62,344 nt of DNA from Polysphondylium violaceum (lineage: Eukaryota): assembly GCA_000277445.1 (NCBI GenBank), contig AJWJ01000015.1:37669-100012 (forward strand), in the 5' to 3' direction. Shown piece after piece: positions 48,768-60,585 of this stretch. Under the pieces are notes generated by a model. It was not told the DNA's origin, did not search any database, and saw only the letters and a list, made by a program, of their open reading frames with translations. The position numbers and the translations under genes were made by a program. How positions within the stretch are numbered: the stretch's first letter is position 1; each line of letters starts with the position of its first letter.

Positions 48768-49244
48768 CGTGTATACTATTATAGAATCACTCCACTACTA
48801 TGATCACTGTCAATTATAGATATAAAATATATATAAATATAGATATAGATCTAGAAATGTGCACACACAATGTTATTACTTTCTTTTTTTATTTTTTTGA
48901 TCTGCATTCTTGAAAAAAAATCAACAAAATTTTTATTTTCATTTTTCCTCTTGTTCATCACCATTTTATATTAAAAGCAATATTGATATCCACACTAATC
49001 TATTCAAGAAAAGAATACTATTTCTCAATGTTTAAATATTGTTTGGTATATTTGTATCTTTAATTAATAGCAGAGCTAACTGGTTCGGCTACTCTGCTCG
49101 GGGTTTGAAAAATATTGATTATGGTAAGTGACTTGGGATTAGTCTATAAACGATGTTATAGTTGCATCTTTTGTATCATATATTTTGCTTCAATATAAAA
49201 TGTGCCACCTATAGAACAAATCTGTTTGTACAGGATATGTAATA

Positions 49245-49977
49245 TTATTCATCAGTCCAAGTCCAACTGTTTCCTTTTGAGTATGAGTATGGCATAGATT
49301 TAAATGCTTTCTTTTTTTTTTTTATTTTTTTTTTGGCTTGAGCTTCGAAAAGGATTTCAGCCATAGTTTTAGGTTTGGGAGTGATTTGAGCATTTTGAGC
49401 ATTTTGAGCTGTAGTGGTGTGGGTGGTGGTATGATGGGAGGTTTTTTGAGATGTAGTTTGATGAGACTCTTTCGTTGCTTCAGATGTTGTACTTTTGTCT
49501 ATCGAAGCATTGATAACTGACTTTATGAGCTTGGTGATATGATTTTCTGAAAAATCTAGATTTACTTCTGAATCAATCTCATGACAAAAAATGGTATGTT
49601 GTTTTACATCTTTACTTATCCCTTGACACCATTTTTCAGTTATTGTAAGCTGTAAAAGCTGGGTCTGGGCCCCATTGTCTAATTGAAATGTATCTCCTTC
49701 TTGAATCAGTGGTCCAATGGGTACGCTATATCTTTCAGGATTATCTCTAACATTATTTGGGACAGCTTCATCAGGTTTATTAGGATCAGTTGAAGATATT
49801 TTTACAGTTTTCAAACTGGCTCGATAATCCCTATTTTTTGATTAAATGGTGGTTATGTTAGAATTTTCAAAACATAGATATAGGTGCGCACAATACTCAC
49901 TCTCCTTCTTTGTCTAAATAATATTTAAAAGCAACCAAAGTATCTACATCTTTTTTTGTCAGATAGTATTCAGTCAT
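49245..49977 (-). CDS. Hypothetical protein (about 215 aa), 2 exons (49977-49901, 49830-49245); acidic/Thr-rich with a Lys-rich C-terminus
   Basis: Exon 1 is MTEYYLTKKDVDTLVAFKYYLDKEGE, followed by a phase-2 GTGAGT donor. The acceptor aaaaaatag rejoins DYRASLKTVKISSTDPNKPDEAVPNN... No recognisable domain. Confidence 0.5.
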
Positions 49978-50054
49978 GATGGACATTCCAACTTTTTTCC
50001 TTTGGAATTAAAAATTATTAGTATGCATTGAAAATTATTTATTAATTAAAAATC

Positions 50055-51128
50055 TTACCAACAACCAAAGTCCCATTTAAGACCGCAATTTGTAGAACAA
50101 AGAGGGAACCAAATTTTTTCAAGGAATAGAATCATTCTTACTTTTTTGTTTTTTATACTTGAATGAAACAAATTTAATAATGAAACATTGTTATTGAGTA
50201 CCTTTGGCTTTTCCATGGGTTTTTCTACATCATAAAAGGTAAATGTTTCTAAAGCTCTTTCTTGTATAGATTTTGGATCCCATGTAACTTTGTTGTTTGG
50301 TGTTGACCATTCATTGAATCCATAACGAACTAGATGAATTTTTGATTTTTGGAATCTTAATAGATTAGCATAATGATATTTATCAGTATCCCATTGGAAA
50401 CTATAGAAAACATAAAATGGGATAGCTTCTTTAAATGCAGCAAATGAATCTAATTGTTGAGACACTTTACCAGGTCTATTAATAGATTCTTGCTTTTTGT
50501 TTAATATTTCTTCTAACAGTTTTCCAGAACATGTACTACATGCCATAAATTTGGTAAAGAGATAAAACCCCCCTTTTTCACACTTATCCTTTAAACCCTT
50601 ATAGGTATTGATAGCCTCTAACATAATCGATTCAGAATGAAAATGGTCAGTCTTTGTATCACCCATCATATGTTGAATTACAAATTCACTGTTTTCAAAA
50701 CTCGGTAATATTTCAAGAAATTTAGCTTTTTCGTCTCTTATTCTAACTGGTTCTTTGCCACCATCGATTAAAACGGTCCAATCATAGATAATTTTCATAA
50801 TAGGTTTCCCATCTGGACCTTTTATAGGGTTTCCATCTTTATCTTTCTCTTCCACTCTTTCTGATCCCCATTGGACTGTTCTCAAACTTTGACTTGGATT
50901 AAAGCAAAATCCTAGGTAAAGTAAAGTAGATTTAGAGTTAATATTTGTAGTAGATAACAAAAGCTTGAAATACAAACCAAATTGAGAAATAGGAGCTTTG
51001 GAATGCCTAGGAAAAATAATGTCGTATGATATATCAAGTTGTTTCTTAATATTACCAGGAACAGCGTTCCATTGTTGTGAAATAATCACTGGTACTAAAA
51101 GTATAAATATAGTAAAAACCTTTATCAT
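50055..51128 (-). CDS. Secreted protein (357 aa) of unknown family with an H-x-E ... C-x2-C motif pair spaced as in cytidine/dCMP deaminases
   Basis: Signal peptide MIKVFTIFILLVPVIISQQ. HSESIMLEAINTYKGLKDKCEKGGFYLFTKFMACSTCSGKL has H-S-E then A-C-S-T-C 34 residues later. No TM segment. Confidence 0.5.
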   Translation of the reverse strand: MIKVFTIFILLVPVIISQQWNAVPGNIKKQLDISYDIIFPRHSKAPISQFGLYFKLLLSTTNINSKSTLLYLGFCFNPSQSLRTVQWGSERVEEKDKDGNPIKGPDGKPIMKIIYDWTVLIDGGKEPVRIRDEKAKFLEILPSFENSEFVIQHMMGDTKTDHFHSESIMLEAINTYKGLKDKCEKGGFYLFTKFMACSTCSGKLLEEILNKKQESINRPGKVSQQLDSFAAFKEAIPFYVFYSFQWDTDKYHYANLLRFQKSKIHLVRYGFNEWSTPNNKVTWDPKSIQERALETFTFYDVEKPMEKPKVLNNNVSLLNLFHSSIKNKKVRMILFLEKIWFPLCSTNCGLKWDFGCW

Positions 51129-51445
51129 CTGAGATAAGAAAAATTATTTCTTTTTTAATAGAGGGCATGAAAAAATGAATCCTAGGATTGCAGGATCAAT
51201 TTTTTTTTTTTTTGTACTAGCCAAAAATTGCCAAAAAAAAAATACCGGTATTTGTGGTAGCCGACAACTAATCGTGCACAAAAATAAAAAAAAATAAATA
51301 AAAGAAATAACCCTTATTTATTAATAAAGCTACATCAGTAACTACCATTTATATTTCATTCTTGTCAAATGTAATTCTTCCATCCACAAATAGCCTTGTT
51401 TTTTTTTTTTTTTTTTTCCGAAAATAGCACATATCAGGCATTGCA

Positions 51446-52783
51446 ATGACCGATCAATCACAACAACAGCAACAACAAGGAGATACAAAGAGGTGTAATT
51501 TAAATATACAGTTGAATAATGATATAGTGTGGAACAAGAACCTGTGTGTATATGATTTCAGTGACACGGGCAGAGGTGTTGTGGCGTTGGACGATATCGA
51601 GGCAAATGAGGTGTTGATCTCTGTGCCTACAGCATTACTCTTGCACTCGCGCTCATTGTTTTCTATCCAAGAGTTCAACGCACCTTCGCATACACTGCAG
51701 CTGATCAATGCAAAGTTAGACTCGAAACAAAGGATTTGTTTACGTTTGGTTGTAGAGAGATGTTTAAAACAGAGATCGAAATGGTACACATACTTGCTGG
51801 ATGTGCCCGCAAGCTATCAGACGATATCAAATTACTCTGATCAAGATATACAGTCTCTCTACTACCCACCGTATATCGCCGAGGCTGTCAAGCTAAAAAA
51901 TCAGTTACAAGACAGTTTTAGTAGATTCACAGCAATAGTAGATCAGGTAATAGCAACAACAGCAAATTCAAATATAGATCACGATATAAGTAAATCAGAT
52001 ATAACAAACAAAGAATCATATGAATGGGCCTGGGGAATAATTCAGACCAGAACCTATTATTATAGCAAGAATCTTGGTGGTGGTAGTAATAGTAGTAATA
52101 GTAATAACAAGGATAAAGACGACTGCACAGTAGTGCCCTTTGCAGATTTCTTTAACCATAGTTGCAGTGTAGATACAGAGGCATCGTTTAATGACAAGAC
52201 AGGGTATTATCAAGTGATCACCAAAACACCGTTTGCCAAAGACGCTCAGGTGTTTATATCGTATGGCAAACATTCAAACTTTACCTTACTTTCTCACTAC
52301 GGGTTTGTCGTTCAAGACAATCCATTTGAAGATATATCGTTGATCCAGAGTGATGCAGTGACGCCCAACCTATACACACCCACCACGGGCGATCAAGTCA
52401 AAACCCACGAGAAAAAGATCAAAATCCTCGAGACCTATGGTCTGGGTATCAGTGGCAAATTCATACTCTGTCTCGATGACGCTTTACCCGTGTCTTGGAA
52501 TTACCTTTCAACACTAAAGGTATTGTTTATGAGCAAACAAGAGATCAATCAAGAGAAAGAACAGAATCTATTTTACTATGATCAGTCTATCAGTGTGGAA
52601 AACGATAGACTTGTGTACACATATCTATGCAATCTGGTTGAATCGCTGCTCAAGGGTTTTAATCACCATTACCAAAGTAACAGGAATCGTCTGAAATCTG
52701 AAATCCAAACTATCATACTCTCCCACATCAATATCCTCACAAACTGTTTACATTGGTTAACAAAAGAAATGCCTAATAAATAA
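51446..52783 (+). CDS. SET-domain lysine methyltransferase, RBCMT/SETD6/SETD3 class, single exon
   Basis: GRGVVALDDIEANEVLISVP, ...VVPFADFFNHSCSVDTEASFNDKTGYYQVIT..., VFISYGKHSNFTLLSHYGFV (SET post-motif), C-terminal substrate-binding-like region. Confidence 0.75.
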   Translation: MTDQSQQQQQQGDTKRCNLNIQLNNDIVWNKNLCVYDFSDTGRGVVALDDIEANEVLISVPTALLLHSRSLFSIQEFNAPSHTLQLINAKLDSKQRICLRLVVERCLKQRSKWYTYLLDVPASYQTISNYSDQDIQSLYYPPYIAEAVKLKNQLQDSFSRFTAIVDQVIATTANSNIDHDISKSDITNKESYEWAWGIIQTRTYYYSKNLGGGSNSSNSNNKDKDDCTVVPFADFFNHSCSVDTEASFNDKTGYYQVITKTPFAKDAQVFISYGKHSNFTLLSHYGFVVQDNPFEDISLIQSDAVTPNLYTPTTGDQVKTHEKKIKILETYGLGISGKFILCLDDALPVSWNYLSTLKVLFMSKQEINQEKEQNLFYYDQSISVENDRLVYTYLCNLVESLLKGFNHHYQSNRNRLKSEIQTIILSHINILTNCLHWLTKEMPNK

Positions 52784-52888
52784 ATAAATAACAAACTCGC
52801 TCAGTACTCAATCGTGACTAGTCTTACTCTCTTCAAAAGTATTAATACATAAATGTTATTCAATGAATTGTGTTGATTTATTATGAAC

Positions 52889-55800
52889 TTATTTCAAGTA
52901 CTTTCTATTGGCACCAGCATAGATCTCTTGTTTGACCTTTTCATTGGTTGGTTTGTTTTTGATAGAGGCAATGTTACGATACACATCGTCAATAACAATT
53001 TTAGATAGAATCCAATCAGTACTAAAATCAAAAGAGTCTTTTAGGTTTGTGACAAAGATATAGATGTACAATCGAACAATCGAGTCAAAGGATTTAAAGA
53101 AATAGAATGGTTTCAGAATATTCTCATGAATACCAAGAACAGAGGCCAGATCTTTGGCAGTGCACGAATTGTTGTTTAAAATGGTCAAGAGACTATTCAA
53201 GATCTTCATTACGGGGACTCTATCTTTTTCATCTCTAGGTGCAAGAGGGGCCTTGACGCTTGAAACAGAACCAATTACTTTTTTGTCGACAACTGAGCTA
53301 ATGCTATTAAAGCTACCGCCACTGTTAGTGATACTACGAGTAAAACTAACAATACCAGATTTAGTACGACCTGAGGCTCCTCCATGTTTACCCCCAAAGA
53401 ATGATGGGGTTGAGGCTGGAGCTGGAGTTGGAGCTGGAGCTGGAGTTGGAATTGGAGCTGGGGGTGCTTGACTCTTTTTCTTGGATTTGAGTTTTTCATT
53501 TTTCTCTTCCTTTACAACGGGCTTTAATCTTCTTCTCGAATATTCTCCAAGAATCATAGGTGCGATCTCTCTTTCTTCTGAGCTTTCGGCCCAATTGCCA
53601 AGACTCTTTTGAATGCTTTCCATAGAGAGTGAAGAGGATTTTAATCTACTATCTTCGTCCTTTACTTTGGATGGTGCATAGGATGGAGAGGTTGGTGAGT
53701 ATGATGGGGAAGTTGGTGAGTATGATGGGGAAGTTGGTGAGTATGATGGAGAGGTCGGTGAGTAACTTGGCTCTTCATCAAACAAACCGAAACCACAATC
53801 TTCTTCTTCGGATTCCTCTTGTATTTTTGTATTTAAAGATGAGTAGCTGGGTGTACGGGTTGAATAGCCACCGCCACCATAACCACCTTCATCACCAAAG
53901 AGACCGAATGCCATCTCTTCTTCTTCATCGCTCTCCTCCTTTATTATTTCTTGTTTTCTGGGAAAAGAGGCAGCTGCAGCTGCGCCAAATACTTGTGGTT
54001 GAGGTTTAGGTTTAACTGGTTCGTCTGGATAGTCACCAAAGAGATCGAATCCCATATCTTCATCAGAATTATCATCATACTTGGCACACTCTTTTGGTTT
54101 ATTGGCAGCGGCTAGAAATATATGTGATTTTTCTTGAATAGGTTGGGCAACATCAAATGAGCCGCCACCAAAGAAAGAGTCTTCGTCATCGCCATCGCCA
54201 TCGTCATCGCCCCATCCTTCATCTTCTGATTCATTTTCCAAAGCAGACATACTGGCTCTTCTGTGATATAAAGCGGATGAAAGATTATTAAACAAATCTG
54301 TTGATTGGGGTTCCGGTGCCTTTTCTAGAGCTTTGTAGGCCTTGTTGAGTGTGGTTCCACTTTGGATTTGAGACAGCAATGAGCTTCTTGGTTCAACAAC
54401 ACCACCAGATTTGGCAGCTGGAGGTGGAGGAGGTGGTGCACCCATAGCACTTGCAAATCCAAATCCACCTCTAGAAACACCACCAGTTGAAGGGGGAGGT
54501 GGTGGAGGTCCACTACTCATTGAGTTTCCAAAGGCAAAGCTTCTTGGAGCTCCTGGTGGTGGAGGTGGAGCTGATATTGGTTGAGATAAAGATGAAGGAC
54601 CTCTGGGAACTTCATCAGCTCTTGTGGACATATATCTCATCTCCGTTGGTCTTGATGAAAGTGGTACAGGTGGTGGAGTTGGCAAAACAGGCTTGGGAGG
54701 TGCAAGTGGTGCTGATGCTTGTGGTGCTTGCATTCTAAACATACCCTTTGGTGCTGCTCTTTCCATATCATCAACCCTCAAACTTCTATACCTAAGCGAT
54801 TCACTTGAGACCGATGTAGATGTTGTTACTGGTTGTTGAGGTTTTCCATCAGAAAACATTGATAAAAAGCTGTTATTGTTATTGTTATTGTTATTATTAT
54901 AGCTGAGACTTTGCATTTGTTGAGGTTGTTGTTGATATTGCATTTGTTGTTGTGGATAATGAATTTCTTGTTTTTGTGATATAAATTGTTGTTGTTGTTG
55001 ACTCATTTGCTGAATAGGAGCGGGAAGTGGAAGATTGAGTGGAATATCAGGACTACGATCTCTTTTATCTACAGAATAGGTAACAGAACTCTTTCTACCG
55101 AGCTCTAGATCTGAGCCACTACTTCTACCTCCAACGCCACCAAAAAAGAGTCCCATATCTAGACCACCTTTGCCAGACAGTGAAGGTATCTCTTGAGATT
55201 GAGGAGCGATCGATTTAAATGGTGATTGTGATGATGAAGAGGAATCTTTTTTCTTGACAGGGGTGCCCCAGACAACAGTTGGTTGGGTTGGAGCGTTGAC
55301 TTCAACAACAGGCTCAACATTTGCCTCAATTGAATCGAGTAAACAACTTTGTTCACTCACCATTGAGCTCATCTCGTGCATAAGCATGGTTATGTCTCTC
55401 AACTCTTGCATGAGGAAAGTGGTTTGTGTGTAGCTGTCTTCAGAAAGAGTATCCAATTCAGAGATACTATCGTTGAATGCTCTGTGAGATATACTAGCAG
55501 ACTTGGCAACGTCGCCAATCTTGGCATAAAACTCGGATGCAGATTTGGCAATCATCAATCTCACTGGATGCATTGGTGGAAGAGATTCAGCAGAGCCTTT
55601 GATAGATTGGTCAATGAGGGATTTCGTCTTTTCAATCAATGAATTCTTGGCGATCTCGTTGTCTTCACATTGAATCAAGCTAGTGTAGAGAATGTACTCC
55701 TTTTCCAAAACAGAGAGCTTGGATTCCTCAGAGTTTTGGTTCTTTGGTAAACTGCTCTCGACCAATCTCAAGAGGGTCTTTGTTTGGTAGCTGAGATCCG

Positions 55801-58800
55801 ATTTAACCTTTTTTTGTTTTCTAATCAAGTTTTTAACTGCCAACGAATTTGGTGTCTTTGTTGGTGTAGTTGTCAAGGTTGAGGAGCCACCAATTTGTTT
55901 ATCGAGTTGGTCAATCAATTCAACAGAGGGATTGATAATTTCTTTGACAGTTGTGTTGAGTAAATCCAATTCTTGAGAAGAATATTCGCCAAAAGTATCC
56001 AAAATTTGATGGAATACTCGGACAGAGTCGTTGAATTGTTTCTTTTGGTGATAGTCTTTGATGAGGTTCACAATCTGTTCACGTCTACTCACAAGAGATG
56101 GGTCAGAGGGATCTTGGTCATTGCCAGACTCTTTTTCTTGGTAGGCGATATTGGCCAGAGCATCAACGTTGGTTTTGGAGACAATTTCCATGATGTTGAG
56201 AGTCACTTTTTGTTGTTCATCCTTTTCTCTCTTTTCCACTGCGACAAAACTGGTGAAAGGAGTGACGATGCTATACTTGATGCTAAGATCGATAATGTCG
56301 TCCTTTTTCTTTTGCTTAATGAGGTCGTGGTCAAATTTGTTGGTGCTGTAGGTACCGTCGTTGTATTCTCTGATCATGGAACGAGCAGCGAGTTTGTGGA
56401 TCAAGTCGCCTTTGATGAACCCAATTTCAGGTGTGTTGACAATGTTGCTGACCTGACCACCGCCTGGGGCTTGGGCGACCAATGTGGCCCTGCTGCAAGA
56501 TCCGGAAAAGGCGTATACCACTTGTCTCTCTTGTCTAAACACAGAAGTGATGGTGGAAGGCGACTGAACAACGGCAGCGGTAGTGTCAAATTTTACACGA
56601 ATATTGGACATGGCCGGTTGAACGGTTCTTTGGAGTTGGGCAATGATCTTTTTGGGATTTGGTCTCTTGTTTGGCACGACAAACTCTGCATAACCGGCAC
56701 CCAATCTAGAAATAGATTTGATAAAGTGTCGAGAGACATTCTCGCCAATACCAAAAGTAAAGAGACGACAGAATGGTGATGCTCGTTTGGCCAACTGCTG
56801 CACAGTGTCTTCATTGGCAACGTTACCATCAGTAAACAAGAGAATGTTGTGAGGGTTGTTGGACTGGGCCTTTTCTGCCAAGAGGTAAAGCGATTGCAAT
56901 GGGAGGTGAAGGGTTGTGCCGCCATAGGATGGGGTGAGACGATTGATGTGGTTCCAGGCAATTTGTAAATTGGCCTCGGTGGGTGCAACGTCCTCAACAA
57001 ACAGCCAATCAAAGAAATCACCAAACTGGACGATATTAAATAACACCTTTAATCCTCTGAGATTGGAAATAGTGATACGGACAGCTCTCAACATATCCTC
57101 AAAGGCATCGCCTTTCATTGAGGCGGACAAATCAAGCAAGATGGTGAGATGGGTGGCAGCATCCTTGGATGTGTCGATATCAAGCTTTGGATAAAATGCC
57201 AACATGGAGGCCAAGTGGTTGTTGCTATCGCTTTCGATCCACATTCTTGGCGAATAGGGTTCCTCGAGACCGACTAGCAATTGGAAATTCTTGTTACCAA
57301 AGCTGCTTTCTTCTGTGACAAGACAAACGGTGGCCTTGGTGTGAGTCTTTTTCACCTTGATTTGATGGGTAGGCGAGACAAGCTTGACGATATTGTAAGG
57401 CATATCGACACCGATTTCCAAAGACAAGTGACCTTTTCCTGCGCCAACTTGGACAGTGCCAGTGGTGGATTGGGTGACAACGGATCCAGATTTCTTTTTT
57501 TGATCTGGGGTGATTGAACGTGGCAAAATAAAGCTGATATCCAATCCATCGACTGACAACTCTGTGATGTATGTGATCTTGATCAATACGTCTGCCTTGG
57601 GCGGCAAGTTTCCAACACTGACGGTAAAGACGTCTGGTTTGTCCTCGTCCATGAGATAGGCCCCGTGACCGGCGGCAACAGCCTCACGGTACTCTTTGTG
57701 AGCCTTTTCCTTTTCCTTTACCTCACCAATGATATGTTTTCCATTGATAAAAGCCTCAAAGCCACAGACAGCCCCCATCTCGTCCAGAGGAAACACATAC
57801 TTGGCCTCAAGATTAGAGGCACTGTGGTTCTTGTAGTGTTGAAAGATGGTTACCTCGCCAATGAGATCGAGGAGTCTGGTCTTGACATGAACAGATTCAA
57901 GCGAGATATCTGGTGTGGGTGTGCCAGACTTTGAGACAAGACCACATACTTGGTCATCCTCTGTGGCCTCATCTTTGTCGGAATTGGCAGCAGGAACAAT
58001 GGTTGGTGCACTGGTGACTGGCAGAGTGGTGGCTTTCTTGGCGTCACTGATTTGAACAGTTAAATTGGCATTCACACTGCTGGACTGAGCGGTTGAGCTA
58101 TTGTCTTTAAACTCAATCATGTATTCAATCCTTTGTTGATTGGCATCAAAAATGACAATTTCGTCATCCTTGAATTGTGATTTATTGCTCGAGGTGTGAG
58201 CTACACCTTGGATGCTGTGAAAACCCTTTGGAGGACGATCAAGTTGTGGTTGGTGGGTGGTGTATTTTTTGATACTGCCCAAAGCAACTTTGCAAATAAA
58301 CATGTATTGTCTTTGGTTCACTGGAGAAGTACGACAATATTGAGCAGATGTTGCACTCTTTGTACCAAAGTAAATACCGCTACCCAAGTAGCCAATATCT
58401 CTTCTATTTGCACCCATAACAGTGGATAAATTTGGTGGCAATAGACCTCTACTCAAAATACCCAATATATTACTTGAATTACTGCCATGATACAAACTTT
58501 TGGTGTTTGGGAATTGAAATACTCTATTTTCTTCATCATTTCTATTAATTTTAAATACATTATGAATAGTATATACCTGTGTAATTATTATTTACTTGTT
58601 AGTATATGAATAGCCACTTTTGGCCAAGATCTATTACTTACATCTAAATTGAATTGATTTAAAATATTTTTAAATTCTTTGCTAGATTTATCCAAGACAC
58701 TTATATTACACTTGAGGGATTTGTAACGGGTTTCGGTGGTATTTGAACGATTGGCTGTACCAAGAGATTCACCAAAATTTAAAATATCCTTCATTAATTG

Positions 58801-60249
58801 AATAGCTTCCTGGATATCGGAAACACATTCAAGAGTGTATTCTTTTTTAATCTTGTTTAATTGTGGTAAACAGGTATATAGATCATCGTAAAGCTTTTTA
58901 ATGGATGGGGTTGGAATTAATTCTTTGACTGTTGGCTGTTGATCCCCGGCTAAGGTATTGCTTGGTTTGCTAGTACTAGTGTTAGCCAAGACTCTTAGTT
59001 CATTTGATAACTGGAATAAAATCAATTCAGCTTTCTCGACTTGGCTGAGGGCAATTTCACCAAGGGCGGTTTTAATGGAACCCTCTGGTGAGAGAATGAG
59101 TGAGTTGGATCCCAGTTTGGAGCCGAGACTAGTGGTTGCATCGGTGTAGACGAGATTGACCAAACGCTCGACTTCAAGGTCAAGTGTTGGAATTCCTGTA
59201 CGCTCAATCGAGGAACTTTGCTTGAGTTTATCTGAACCGATAATCACAGAGGATAAACTAATCTTTGAGTAACCTCTTGTGGAATAGTCGAGGAATATTT
59301 GGTTGTATATAGTCATTGCTTGATTGATATCCGATGCTAAAATCCATTCCTTTACACTTTGCTCCATCTTGTTTGATGTTCCATAATGAAGAAACACTCT
59401 AAACTTACTGTTGCCGCCACTAGACACAGTACTGTCGTCTGATGCCTGGCCTGTTTGAATCAACTTTAAGCAATCTCCTGCGGCATGCAACTCGACACAC
59501 ACAAATTCACTGCCAGGGGCAACCAAAAGGTTGTATTTGACAATATGATAAGCATCCTCTGGAAATTCGTCCTTGATGGCTGGATTGTATGTCTTCCTTT
59601 GGTGCTGTACTTGCTGCTGTTGCTGGCCATCTTTCCTTTTATCGTCATCCATAACATCAGAGAAATCAAAAGACTTGTAATGGTCCTCTTTGATATTATA
59701 CTGAGACACCAAAGAGTATTCGTCCGAGGACAACAAAGATCCATGTAATATGGAATCCTCCAAATATCTCTTACTAACCACCGGTATATTTAATTTGAGT
59801 GCCTTCTTTATATTGAATGACAAACTATCCAACAAAATATCTTTTTTCTTTTCTCCCTTGTAAATCTCTTGATTCTCAATATTTACCAATAAATTGAAAT
59901 CTCCATTATAGATATAAAAATGGACCTAATTATAACGTATATGAGATTAGTATTGTAAATCTAAATCCAACTTATACATCTATTTTAAATATCTAAATAT
60001 ATCCAATTTAATCAATCGATCTATATCTCAATATTGACAATGACACATATGACTGACACTTACTTTATTATTCAATATCATGGATGTTGTTCCACCATAC
60101 TTTTCAATAAATTCAATCAATTCCTTTTTAACTTTATATCCTTTGGCATCACCACTATCGATATAATAAACAAATGGTGATAGGGGCCCTTTTTTTACAT
60201 TTGCCCCACTATCACTACTATCAACTGATTTCAAAGGTGAAGGTACCAT
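52889..60249 (-). CDS. Vault-PARP-like poly(ADP-ribose) polymerase (BRCT - PARP regulatory - PARP catalytic - VIT - vWA) with a about 900-aa disordered C-terminal tail; at least 3 exons (60249-60064, 59925-~58610, ~58570-52889)
   Basis: [38 protein letters not shown]. Catalytic: [98 protein letters not shown]. v[25 protein letters not shown] donor after exon 1. The junction between the regulatory and catalytic parts (around 58540-58610) needs either a very short (about 41 nt) intron or a frameshift. Confidence 0.8.
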
Positions 60250-60585
60250 TTTATTTATTTACTACTTTTTTATTACTATTTACTACAAACTATACTACAC
60301 TGCACTTTACACAAACAAATACATAAATCTGATACTACTATAAACTTTTAAGAAAAAACTTTGATTTGAAATCAGATCAAATTTACCAACTTTAATTTAA
60401 AAAAATCAAAAAATATTTTTATTTTTTTCTCTTTTTTTTTTTTTTTAATAGGTCACATTCTAGATATTTTCCGATTTTTTTCAGAAAGAGATAGATGTGT
60501 GTGATCTGTGTATATCTAATAAGAGATATGCAGAGTTTGATATAAAAGGAATAAATACAAGAGTGTGGGGGTGGGTGCGGTCTAG

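Noticed and set aside
53154-57934. Numerous plus-strand ORFs (53154-53471, 53629-54009, 54487-54839, 55376-55642, 55973-56779, 56934-57194, 57281-57517, 57665-57934) and minus alternate-frame ORFs
   Set aside because: All are embedded in the 5.6-kb vPARP-like exon on the minus strand. The GC-richer coding DNA leaves the antisense frames open by chance.
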